From IMG/VR virus record IMGVR_UViG_3300047472_000237, positions 1-64,000 of that record: 64,000 nucleotides of DNA. One strand, 5' to 3'. A program made the position numbers and the translations under genes. The DNA comes from a virus. The notes beneath the pieces were generated by a model. It did no database searches and had not been told where the DNA came from. It saw nothing but the letters and a program-made list of their open reading frames with translations. This document shows, piece by piece, positions 25,930 to 35,239 of this stretch (within the stretch, counting starts at the first letter, position 1; every line of letters starts with the position of its first letter).

Positions 25930-28434
25930 GTGACCGAACGCATTGTCATCGTCGTCAGTGAGAATGGCACTGAGCAGGTCATCAAGAAGCTCAAGGGCGT
26001 TGGCGCACAGGCCAAGAGCTCTGGCGACTCTGTCGGCTTTCTCCAGAACGCCCTCGGACTGCTCGGAGCCGCCGCCACCATCAAGGGCGTGCTTGGTTAC
26101 ATCGACGCCTTCACCGAGCTCCAGAACAAGCTGGCGACCGTCTCCCGCTCGCAGGAGGAAGCGGCCCTGGCCAGCCAGAAGCTGCTCGACGTCGCCAACC
26201 GCAGCCGCACGTCGTGGGAAGACACCGTCACGCTGTACCAGCGCGTCGTCCGCTCGACGGAACAACTCGGCCTCTCTCACAAAGAGTCGGCCCGGATCGT
26301 GGAGACCCTCAACAAGGCCACGATCGTCGGCGGTGCATCCGCCATCGAAGCCTCGAACGCCATCATCCAGTTGTCGCAGGCGTTCAGCGCCGGCGTGCTG
26401 CGTGGTCAGGAACTTCGCTCCGTCATGACGCAGATGCCGCTGATCGCGGACATCCTGGCGAAGAAGATGAACACGACGATGGGCGGCCTGTTGAAGCTCG
26501 GCCCGCAGGGCAAGATCTCGGCTCAGGTCATGGCCGACGCCCTCCTCGAGGCCAGCGACGAAATCGACAAGGCGTTCGCCAAGACCCTGCCGACCATCGG
26601 TCAGCAGATGAAGGTGCTCGGCAACCAGGTGCTGAAGTTCGTCGGCGACCTGAACAACAAGTACGAAATCCTGCCGAAGATCACCAAGGGCATCGAGTTC
26701 CTCGGTGCCAACATCGACACGTTCGCCCGCGCGGTGCTCGCCGGCTCGCTCGTGATCGGCATCCAGAAGGCCATCGGCGGGTTCAACGCACTGACCGCCG
26801 CGATCGCGGCCAACCCGGTCGGCCTCATCGCCGTCGCTATCACGGCCGGCCTGGTGGCCCTGATCGCCTTCAGCGACCAGCTGTCGCTTGCTGGTGAGGG
26901 CACCGCGACGCTCGCCGACTTCGCCAAGGCGTTCTGGGAAGAGCTCAAGTCGGACATCGCGTTCGCCGTGGAGCTCTTCCAGAAGAACTTCGGTTGGATC
27001 GCTGACTATCTCCGCCAGATCTTTGGCACGGACTTCGCCATCAGCATCAAGGGATTCTTGATGCTCGGTGCCAAGGCCGTTGACTCGTTCATCGGCATCT
27101 GGGTCGGTGCTGGCTTCGCCATCATCGAGGCGTTCCGGAACATCCCCGCGACGGTTGAACTGATCTTCAAGGGAATGATCAACGCCCTGATCGGTCAGAT
27201 CGAGTCGTTCATCAATACGTTTGTGTCCGCGATCAACGTCATCGCCGACTCCTCCCTGGGCAAGAAGTTGGGCCTGACCGCCCTCAAGCAGAACGTCCTC
27301 CCCCGACTGGAAATGTCGAAGGAGGCACAGACCACCGGCGCTGCCATCGGCAAGGCGTTCGTGGACGGCTTCAAGTCGGTCACCGACGCCCAGGACTTGG
27401 TTACGAAACTCAGTATCCGTGCAGAAGAGATCGGCAAGGATCGCCTGGCCAAGGCCGGCCCTGACCCGGCCCTGAACCCCAAGGCCCAGGAAGAGTTCGA
27501 GGCCAAGCAGGCTGCGGCCGCTGCCGCCCTGACCCGCGCTCAGTCGATCGCTGACGTCATCGAGTCGCTCGAGAACGAGAACGAAGCACTCACGAAGGTC
27601 ATCGACAATCGCCGGATCTCGAACGAGTACATCCGGATCGAGCAGGGCCTGCGGTCGAAGGGTGTGACCCTGACCGAAGCAGAGAGCCAGTCGATCCAGT
27701 CGGTGCTCGAGAAGAACCGTGCGTTGAAGGACCAGCAGTCGGCATACCAGTCGATCATGGGGCCGCAGGAAGAAGCCGCCCGCCGGATGACGGCACTCAG
27801 CGAGCTCTACCGCGCCGGCAAGATCGACGTGGACCAGTACACGGTCGCCCTCCGCGAGGCTCAGATCCAGCAACTGAGCACGTCGCGGGACGCGATGAGC
27901 GGCTTCAAGAGCGGCTTCCTCCAGGTGCAGGACGAGCTCTCGAACTTCGCTGAACTGTCCTCGAAGACGGTCGTCAACGCCTTCCACAACATGGAAGACT
28001 CGATGGTCGACTTCGTGAAGACTGGCAAGTTCAACTTCAGCGGCCTCATCGACAGCATCCTCGACGACATGATCCGCCTGGTCACGCGGCAGGCCATGAG
28101 CGGCCTGTTCAGCAGCCTCGGCGGGATGGGCGGCGGCCTCGGCTCGATGTTCGCTGGCCTCGCCGGAGCTCGTGCAGCGGGCGGCCCGGTCAGCCCCGGC
28201 GGAGCGTACCTGGTCGGCGAGCGCGGCCCCGAAGTCTTCACCCCGAACACGGGCGGGGCCATCAGCCCGAACGGCTCCATGGGTGGTGCCCCGCCTCAGG
28301 TCAACGTGAACGTGGTCAACGTGTCGGATCCTGACGAGGTCTCGTCGGCCCTGAACCACCCGGCGAACCAAGACCTCATCGTGAACATTCTCCGCAAGAA
28401 CAAGGGTGCCGCCCGCCAGGCGCTGGGAGTCTAA
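25930..28434 (+). CDS. Tape measure protein
   Basis: 'QLSQAFSAGVLRGQELRSV' tape-measure motif, long helical body, C-terminal 'RAAGGPV...YLVGERGPEVF'. Confidence 0.92.
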   Translation: MTERIVIVVSENGTEQVIKKLKGVGAQAKSSGDSVGFLQNALGLLGAAATIKGVLGYIDAFTELQNKLATVSRSQEEAALASQKLLDVANRSRTSWEDTVTLYQRVVRSTEQLGLSHKESARIVETLNKATIVGGASAIEASNAIIQLSQAFSAGVLRGQELRSVMTQMPLIADILAKKMNTTMGGLLKLGPQGKISAQVMADALLEASDEIDKAFAKTLPTIGQQMKVLGNQVLKFVGDLNNKYEILPKITKGIEFLGANIDTFARAVLAGSLVIGIQKAIGGFNALTAAIAANPVGLIAVAITAGLVALIAFSDQLSLAGEGTATLADFAKAFWEELKSDIAFAVELFQKNFGWIADYLRQIFGTDFAISIKGFLMLGAKAVDSFIGIWVGAGFAIIEAFRNIPATVELIFKGMINALIGQIESFINTFVSAINVIADSSLGKKLGLTALKQNVLPRLEMSKEAQTTGAAIGKAFVDGFKSVTDAQDLVTKLSIRAEEIGKDRLAKAGPDPALNPKAQEEFEAKQAAAAAALTRAQSIADVIESLENENEALTKVIDNRRISNEYIRIEQGLRSKGVTLTEAESQSIQSVLEKNRALKDQQSAYQSIMGPQEEAARRMTALSELYRAGKIDVDQYTVALREAQIQQLSTSRDAMSGFKSGFLQVQDELSNFAELSSKTVVNAFHNMEDSMVDFVKTGKFNFSGLIDSILDDMIRLVTRQAMSGLFSSLGGMGGGLGSMFAGLAGARAAGGPVSPGGAYLVGERGPEVFTPNTGGAISPNGSMGGAPPQVNVNVVNVSDPDEVSSALNHPANQDLIVNILRKNKGAARQALGV

Positions 28435-29630
28435 TGCTCTTCGTGTATCGACCAGAAACCCCGCTCCAGGAGACCCTCCGGTTCCTCACGGACGTGCTCA
28501 TCCACAAGGACGGCACGGAGCAGCGCATCTGTCTCCGCATCGCAGCCCGCACGGAGTACGCGGGCGACGTGCTCGTCGAGGACGGGCCGGAGCGCCAACG
28601 CATCGAGAACATCCTGTTCGACCAGCAGGCGAGCACGTTCGAGATCCCCGCGTGGGTGGACGGGTGCTACCTGGGCAACGCCACGGCCGCCGGTGCCACC
28701 ATGCTGAACACCGACACGACCATGTCGATCTTCCGCAACGGTGCGAAGGCAATCCTCATCTCGCCCGATGACGGCACGTATGAAATCGTGACCGTTGTCG
28801 ACGTCGACGGCGACCACCTGGAGACCTCGGCCACCACGCTCGACTGGCCGGCCATGACGGAGATCTACCCCATCCGGAACGCCCTGCTGACCCAGCAGGT
28901 TCGCTCGCAGCGGTGGACCAACAGCCTGACCAAATACACGTTCAACTTCGCCCTGTTGGACGACACGCAGAACCTGTACCAGTACACCCCGGCCGCGCTC
29001 GATTTCGATGAGATCGGCTTCGGCGACGACGCGGCCAAGCTGCTGGTCGACGACCCGAACGCCGTCGAGGATCGTCTCACCGAATCGTCCGATCGTATGG
29101 TGTCGATCATCGACAACGCCACTGGCAAGTTCAGCATCTTCAGCAACTGGCCCAAGAGCCGGCGATCGTCCTCGAAGGGATTCGTCACGACGTCTCGTCA
29201 GAAGCTGTGGGCGGCCAAGGTGTGGCTCAGCTACCTCAACGGCCGGCAGACTTCGTTCCTCCTCCCGACCTTCGCGAGCGACATCACTCCGCTCGCTGGT
29301 CTCGTTGAGGATGCCACCACGTTGCTGGTTGCTAACGCCGGCCATTCAACGTACACTGCCCTCGGCGTCAACCCACGGAAGTACATCCGCGTGGAGCTCG
29401 CCAACGGCACCGCGACGTACCACCAGGTGACCAACGTGGTCGAGGTGAACGCGGTGCAGGAAACGATCACGGTGACGCCGGCCTGGCCGGACAGCGTGAG
29501 CCTCTCGAACATCGTGCGTATCTCCGTGGTGGAGAAGGTTCGACTTGACAGCGATGACATCACGATCACCCACGCCGACCTGAACGGCACGGCCACCATT
29601 AACATGCCCGTGAAGGCGGTACTCGAATGA
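28434..29630 (+). CDS. Distal tail / baseplate structural protein
   Basis: Follows tape measure; 'ETLRFLTDVL...GTEQRICLR...LNGRQTSFLLPTF'. Confidence 0.75.
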   Translation: MLFVYRPETPLQETLRFLTDVLIHKDGTEQRICLRIAARTEYAGDVLVEDGPERQRIENILFDQQASTFEIPAWVDGCYLGNATAAGATMLNTDTTMSIFRNGAKAILISPDDGTYEIVTVVDVDGDHLETSATTLDWPAMTEIYPIRNALLTQQVRSQRWTNSLTKYTFNFALLDDTQNLYQYTPAALDFDEIGFGDDAAKLLVDDPNAVEDRLTESSDRMVSIIDNATGKFSIFSNWPKSRRSSSKGFVTTSRQKLWAAKVWLSYLNGRQTSFLLPTFASDITPLAGLVEDATTLLVANAGHSTYTALGVNPRKYIRVELANGTATYHQVTNVVEVNAVQETITVTPAWPDSVSLSNIVRISVVEKVRLDSDDITITHADLNGTATINMPVKAVLE

Positions 29631-30439
29631 GCTACGACGCAAGAGAATCCAGCACCGAACGCGGCTCGCCAATCGAGCTCTACGATCTCGCTCTCGGCGG
29701 GACGCAGTACCACTTCACGTCCGGCGCGGAGCCGGTCACGTACACTGCCACCGACTATGAGCCGCTCGAGATCTCGCGTGACGAGGTTCGCGTCGGCCCT
29801 GAACAACGCACGGAGGTCATGACGATTGTCATGCCGTCCGCGCACCCCTTCGCCATGTCGTACGCCCGCGTGGTCCCCGGCCAACGGGCCAGCCTGACCA
29901 TCCGCCGCGTCCACCGCACCGACTCCGTCGACCAAGAGCTCATCACGCTGTTCAAGGGCATCGTCCGCTCCGTGTCGTTCAGCGACAAGGCCGGCACCGC
30001 CCGCATCGGCGTCATGCCCATCAGCGGGGCACTCGCCCGCGCCGTCCCCCGCTACACCTACAAGGGCATGTGCAACCACGTGCTCTTCGACTCCTGGTGC
30101 CAGCAGGATCCCGAGGAGTGGAACTATGTCGGCGAGGCCAGCGACGTGGACGCCAACACGTTCACCATCAGCGGCCTGACCGGCTCCAAGGGCAACGGGT
30201 GGGCGACGGGCGGCTTCGCCACCTTCAACGGCGACTACCGCCTCATCCTTCGCCAGACGAGCGACAGCATCAAGCTGCTGTTGCCGTTCAACGACGACAT
30301 CGATGGTGAGGATGTCACGATCTACACCGGCTGTGACCACTCCTTCAACGTGTGCGGAGACAAGTTCGCTAACACGATCAACTTCGGTGGCTTCCCCTTC
30401 GTCCCGACCAAGAACCCCTTCCAAAGCGGACTGAAATAA
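29627..30439 (+). CDS. Baseplate hub, DUF2163/BR0599 type
   Basis: 'CNHVLFDSWC...GCDHSFNVCGDKFANTINFGGFPFVPTKNPF' Cys cluster. Confidence 0.88.
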   Translation: MSYDARESSTERGSPIELYDLALGGTQYHFTSGAEPVTYTATDYEPLEISRDEVRVGPEQRTEVMTIVMPSAHPFAMSYARVVPGQRASLTIRRVHRTDSVDQELITLFKGIVRSVSFSDKAGTARIGVMPISGALARAVPRYTYKGMCNHVLFDSWCQQDPEEWNYVGEASDVDANTFTISGLTGSKGNGWATGGFATFNGDYRLILRQTSDSIKLLLPFNDDIDGEDVTIYTGCDHSFNVCGDKFANTINFGGFPFVPTKNPFQSGLK

Positions 30440-30440
30440 C

Positions 30441-33400
30441 ATGTTTGAATTCCTGTTCATGGTGGTGCTGACAGCGATCTTGACGGTCGTGGCGGAGCTC
30501 ATTCGCCCCAAGCCGAAGATCGAAAACGCTCGCCCCGCGCACCTCGGCGACTTCTCCTTCCCGACCGCCACCGAAGGCCGCGTCGTCCCGCTCGTCTGGG
30601 GCACCGTCCGCATCGACGGGCCGAACGTGGTGTGGTACGGCAACCTCGAGAACGAGCCGATCAAGAAGAAGGTCAAGACGGGAATGTTCTCGTCCAAGAA
30701 GGTTGTCACCGGCTATCAGTACTCTGTCGGCATGCAGTTCGCCCTGTGCCGTGGCGACGTTGACTTCCTCTCCAAGATTTGGATCGGTGAGGTCTCCGCC
30801 TGGGAGGGCGTGCTCGGCGAGTCGTTCGTCGAGATCGAAGATGAGAACTTCTTCGGCGGCAAGCTCGACAACGGCGGCATCGATGGCAAGTTCTCCTTCT
30901 ACCTCGGATCGCGCGAGCAGCTGCCGTCCGCCTACCTGGGCCAGACGCCGCCGGACTATCTCTGGTTCGACGACTTCTCGGCCAACGGTGGCGACCCGCT
31001 GAACGAGTACAAGGGCAGTGACGCCGGCGCTCACTACTTCGTCGCCAACAAGGGACAGGTCGGTGCTCCGACCGGCGGCGACACCAATGACGACAGCGAC
31101 GTCATGCGTGTGCTCGAACACACGGTGGCGGAAGACGCTCTGCCCTCTCCGAGCAACGAGGCGAAGGTTCGCAGCACGTACGGCGGCACGGCCCCCGGCG
31201 ACCTGAACCGCTACATGGCGCTCCTCCTGCACCCTGAGCGGCCCCGCCTCGGCGACAACGTCAAGGCCGTGATGACCTTCATCCCGAAGGCCGCCGGCGC
31301 GTTCGACTTCGCCGCCCACGGCCTCTGGCTCACGGTCAAGTGCGAAGACCAAGGCTCCCACAACAGCAACTATCACGTCGCTGTGAACGTGGACGACAGC
31401 ACGGTCAACCTGCACCTGTTCGCCCCTGGCATGGCGAACTCCGTCATCCTCGACACGGCCACCGCTGTCGGCGGCGACTTCACCATCATGACGGGCAAGC
31501 ACTCCATCGAACTTCGCGTCGAAGGTGACCGCGCTCGCGTGTTCCTCGACGGCATCAACATCATCGATGAGACCGACAGTCGCATCCTGGACATCCCGGA
31601 GAACTACTGCGGCGTGTGCGTCGGCATCGAAGGCAACCTGAACGTCGAGTTCTTCTCGTCCAACGACTGGTCAGCGGCGGGCATCTACTCGCTCGCCGTG
31701 GACAGCACCACTCGCAAGCTGGAGTCGTCCGTCCCCGCGTACCGTGGCACGTGCTACGGTGTGTGGGAGGGCGGTTACATCGGGAACAGCAGCCAGATCC
31801 AGCCCTGGGCATTCGAGCTTCGACGCTGCCCGAACCCGCTGGCCCTGACCAGCAATCGACACATCGTCAACGGATTCGACTGCAACCCGATGAACATGCT
31901 GTACGAGATCCTGCTTGATCCGGATTGGGGCCTTGCCCAGCTGAGCTCGGACATCGACGTCGACAACTTCCGCGAAGCGGCCTACACCCTGTTCGACGAG
32001 GGCAACGGCATCTCGATGAACATCGACGACGCCCTGGAGTGCTCGGAGCTCATCCGCGAGATCGAACGTCAGGTCGACGGTATCTTGTTCGTCAACCGCA
32101 CCACCGGCAAGTGGCAGATCACGCTGGCTCGCGGCGGCTACGAACTCGAAGACCTCACGTCCATCAATGAGACGAACACGGTCGAGGTCAAGGAGTTCAC
32201 CCGTGGTGCGTGGGAAGAAACCACGAACAACATCAACGTGGAGTTCGCCAACCGCACCAACGAGTACAAGGTCACGTATGCGACGGCCCAGGACTCGGCG
32301 AACATCCGGATCCAGGCGAACACGATGGTGTCCGTCACCGCCAAGTACCCTGGCGTCAAGAGCCGCGCCCTCGCGAACCAACTCGCGTGGCGTGACCTGC
32401 GGACGCTCGCGTACCCCATCGCCAAGTGCACTGTCCTCGTCGACCGCACCTTCCACAGCCGCAACCCCGGCGACCTGGTCCGCGTCACGATCACGAGCAA
32501 GGACATCGTGGATCTGCCGATGCGGATCACCCGCATGGACCTCGGCCGGCTCGACGACGGCGTCATCGAGCTCAACCTGATCCAGGACACGTTCGGCTAC
32601 GACCTCCCGTCGTTCGCCGACCCCGACAACACGCAGTGGCTGCTCCCCGGCGACACGGCCCCGCAGAACATCGAGACGGCCGACCGCGTCGTGTTCGAGG
32701 CCCCGCTCAAGTTCCTGCCGTTCGCAGACGAGAACCCTGGCGTGCCCGACCGCGTCTGGATCGGCGCTCGCTCGGCTGGCGGCGGTGGGGCCGGCTTCGC
32801 CCTGGCGGGCCGCCAAGGCTCCGACCCGTACGCCGAGTGCGGTGAGGTGGCCGGCTACCTCGTCCGTGGCAAGCTCAAGAACGCCGTCTCCGGCGGCACC
32901 ACGCAGGGCACCGACACGCTGGTCATCGAGACCGACGGCGGCGACACCCTGCTCGCCATCAGCAAGCAACTCGAGTCGCACACTTCCAAGGAAGTCGGCA
33001 CGAGCCTGTTCAACCTTCTGCTCATCGACAACGAGTTCGTGGCCCACACCGGCTACACGCTCGGCTCCGGCATCATCACGCTGACTGGCGTCTACCGTGG
33101 CATGCTGGATACCGTCCCGGCCGCCCACGCGGTCGGTGCCAAGGTCTGGTTCTTGTCGACGTCGGGCAACCTGACCGACCTGGCATGGACGCCCGGCGCG
33201 ACGGTGCAGATCCGCCCGCTGCCACAGAACCTCAAGGGCGAGCTCGACGTGTCGCTCGCCACGCCGTCCAACGTGCTGATGAACAACCGCGTTCGCCGGC
33301 CGTACCCGCCGACGAACTTCAAGCTCGACGGTGTGCCGTATCCGGAGACGATGAACCTCGACTCGCTGCCGGCCGAAGACATCCAAGGCTGGCACGACGC

Positions 33401-34544
33401 CAACCTCGGTGGCACGTACACTCCGGACACGCCGGACTACTTCGAGTCAGCGGGCATCCAGGAAGTCGGCATGAAGTTCGACGTGCTGTCGAACGGCTAC
33501 GTCCTCGCCGCCCGCTGGTTCCGCACGAACACCAACCAGACGGGCACGTTCACGGCCAACCTGTGGAACAAGGACACGGCCACGCTGCTCGCCACGAAGA
33601 CGTTCCCAACGCCGACCGGACTCGGCGCTCAATACGCCTACTTCGACCTGCCCGTCCCCGTCACGGTCGGTGTGAACTACATCATCAGCTACAGCAACCC
33701 GTCGCAGCACCTGTCGCTGAACGGCATCAACTTCTTCAACGCGGCGACCCGTGGTCAGTTGCACCACCCCGGCTACGGCTCGACGCGTAGTGCAGCCGGC
33801 TCGACGGGCACCATTCCGACGTCCGACGAATACAACGACTTCGGCATCGACCCGATCATCTTCTTCGGCACGGTCGGCCTGCTCGACGCCCCCGGCGCTG
33901 AGGCGTCCTACACCCGCCGCGACTACCGCAACACCAACGAGGTCAACGCCCTGCTCAACGAGTCGAGCCTGGCCGCCGACTTCCCAACGGCCAACACAAC
34001 CGAGTGGGCCGTCGACGTCCGCATCGACCCGGATACGACGAACACCCTGCTGTACACGGTGCCGTTCGCGAACCAGTCATCGGCGTTCCTCAGCCGCACG
34101 AAGATCCTCCGCTACGCCAACGGCGTGCCGGCTCGACTCCGCGTTGCTGTCCGCACGCAGCACACGCTCGACGCCACCGTCCGCGCGGCCACGCAGTTCC
34201 TTCAGTGGGACTTCGACACAGAGTCCACGTTGAGCCTCCAGACCTTCCTGGGCGTCAAGGCAGTCAACGTGGCGTCTACCGGGTATGTCGCTGTGACGAC
34301 TGGGACGTTTACCCTTATGATCGGGTCAGCGTTGACCACCGGCGCGGTCGAAGTAGAATTGAACGGCTCGGCGACCTGGACTCCGGTCATCGCGGCGACC
34401 GCGACCAGCGGGACGTTCTCCGTGACGGCCGCCGACTCGATCAAGGTGCGACACACCCAGACGGGTGCAAACACCAGCGAGACGCTCTTCCAGATCGTGG
34501 ACGACAGTGACGTTCCGGTTGCTTACGGAGTGCTTACTTATTGA
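30441..34544 (+). CDS. Tail tip / host-specificity protein with inserted beta domains
   Basis: 'FPTATEGRVVPLVWGTVRI', 'PAYRG...YIGNS...PWAF', 'NPMNMLYE...WG' core motifs; DUF4082-like segment near 33400-33860. Confidence 0.88.
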   Translation: MFEFLFMVVLTAILTVVAELIRPKPKIENARPAHLGDFSFPTATEGRVVPLVWGTVRIDGPNVVWYGNLENEPIKKKVKTGMFSSKKVVTGYQYSVGMQFALCRGDVDFLSKIWIGEVSAWEGVLGESFVEIEDENFFGGKLDNGGIDGKFSFYLGSREQLPSAYLGQTPPDYLWFDDFSANGGDPLNEYKGSDAGAHYFVANKGQVGAPTGGDTNDDSDVMRVLEHTVAEDALPSPSNEAKVRSTYGGTAPGDLNRYMALLLHPERPRLGDNVKAVMTFIPKAAGAFDFAAHGLWLTVKCEDQGSHNSNYHVAVNVDDSTVNLHLFAPGMANSVILDTATAVGGDFTIMTGKHSIELRVEGDRARVFLDGINIIDETDSRILDIPENYCGVCVGIEGNLNVEFFSSNDWSAAGIYSLAVDSTTRKLESSVPAYRGTCYGVWEGGYIGNSSQIQPWAFELRRCPNPLALTSNRHIVNGFDCNPMNMLYEILLDPDWGLAQLSSDIDVDNFREAAYTLFDEGNGISMNIDDALECSELIREIERQVDGILFVNRTTGKWQITLARGGYELEDLTSINETNTVEVKEFTRGAWEETTNNINVEFANRTNEYKVTYATAQDSANIRIQANTMVSVTAKYPGVKSRALANQLAWRDLRTLAYPIAKCTVLVDRTFHSRNPGDLVRVTITSKDIVDLPMRITRMDLGRLDDGVIELNLIQDTFGYDLPSFADPDNTQWLLPGDTAPQNIETADRVVFEAPLKFLPFADENPGVPDRVWIGARSAGGGGAGFALAGRQGSDPYAECGEVAGYLVRGKLKNAVSGGTTQGTDTLVIETDGGDTLLAISKQLESHTSKEVGTSLFNLLLIDNEFVAHTGYTLGSGIITLTGVYRGMLDTVPAAHAVGAKVWFLSTSGNLTDLAWTPGATVQIRPLPQNLKGELDVSLATPSNVLMNNRVRRPYPPTNFKLDGVPYPETMNLDSLPAEDIQGWHDANLGGTYTPDTPDYFESAGIQEVGMKFDVLSNGYVLAARWFRTNTNQTGTFTANLWNKDTATLLATKTFPTPTGLGAQYAYFDLPVPVTVGVNYIISYSNPSQHLSLNGINFFNAATRGQLHHPGYGSTRSAAGSTGTIPTSDEYNDFGIDPIIFFGTVGLLDAPGAEASYTRRDYRNTNEVNALLNESSLAADFPTANTTEWAVDVRIDPDTTNTLLYTVPFANQSSAFLSRTKILRYANGVPARLRVAVRTQHTLDATVRAATQFLQWDFDTESTLSLQTFLGVKAVNVASTGYVAVTTGTFTLMIGSALTTGAVEVELNGSATWTPVIAATATSGTFSVTAADSIKVRHTQTGANTSETLFQIVDDSDVPVAYGVLTY

Positions 34545-34638
34545 AGATGTGGTTGGCGCAAGGGTGAATTTTTCGTACAATTCAACGCGTCCGATTCGAC
34601 CCCTATTGTCGAGGTAAGAAACAGAAAGTACGACCGTC

Positions 34639-35229
34639 ATGGATGAACAACCCACCAGCCTCTGGCGAATCGTACTGGCGGGATTGTTCTCCACGTCTGT
34701 CCTCGGTGCAGTCGTCAAGGGCGCGTTCGACTTCCTGACCCGCCGCGCCAAGAACAAGGCGGCCCAGGCGATCGAAACCGCCACGCAGGTGTACGCGGTC
34801 CTGAACGATGCCGAGTACCGCGCCAAGGCTTCTCGCATTGTCCTCACGGCCGCCCACAACTGCGGCGGCCCCATCCGGCCCGACGTGGTCCTGTCCTCGA
34901 CGGCCCTCTACGAAGTCGTCTCCGGCGTCGAGCCGCGTCTCGAGCGACTCGCCAACGTACGCCTGGACCAGTGGCACGTCTCGCTCCTGGCCCGCATCGT
35001 CAAGGAAGACTTCGTGTGGATCAAGACCTCCGACATTCCGGTCGGCAATCTGATCCGCACCATCCTGACGATCGATGGGATCCAGGAAACGTGCTTCTTC
35101 CTCATCCGCACGGATGGCACCCGAATCCTCTACGGCGCGGTGGACTTCGTAACCACCCCGGCGTCTAACCCGCAGGCAGACGAGGCCCTTCGAACACTCC
35201 AGTCGAGCCTCGCAGCCCTGCTCAAGTGA
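34639..35229 (+). CDS. Single-TM protein with GAF-like C-terminal domain, holin candidate
   Basis: Promoter TTGGCG-17-TACAAT at 34553; N-terminal hydrophobic helix; 'ASRIVLTAAHNCGG...LYEV' resembles GAF-like holin-type proteins. Confidence 0.45.
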   Translation: MDEQPTSLWRIVLAGLFSTSVLGAVVKGAFDFLTRRAKNKAAQAIETATQVYAVLNDAEYRAKASRIVLTAAHNCGGPIRPDVVLSSTALYEVVSGVEPRLERLANVRLDQWHVSLLARIVKEDFVWIKTSDIPVGNLIRTILTIDGIQETCFFLIRTDGTRILYGAVDFVTTPASNPQADEALRTLQSSLAALLK

Positions 35230-35239
35230 ACGGATCCAC

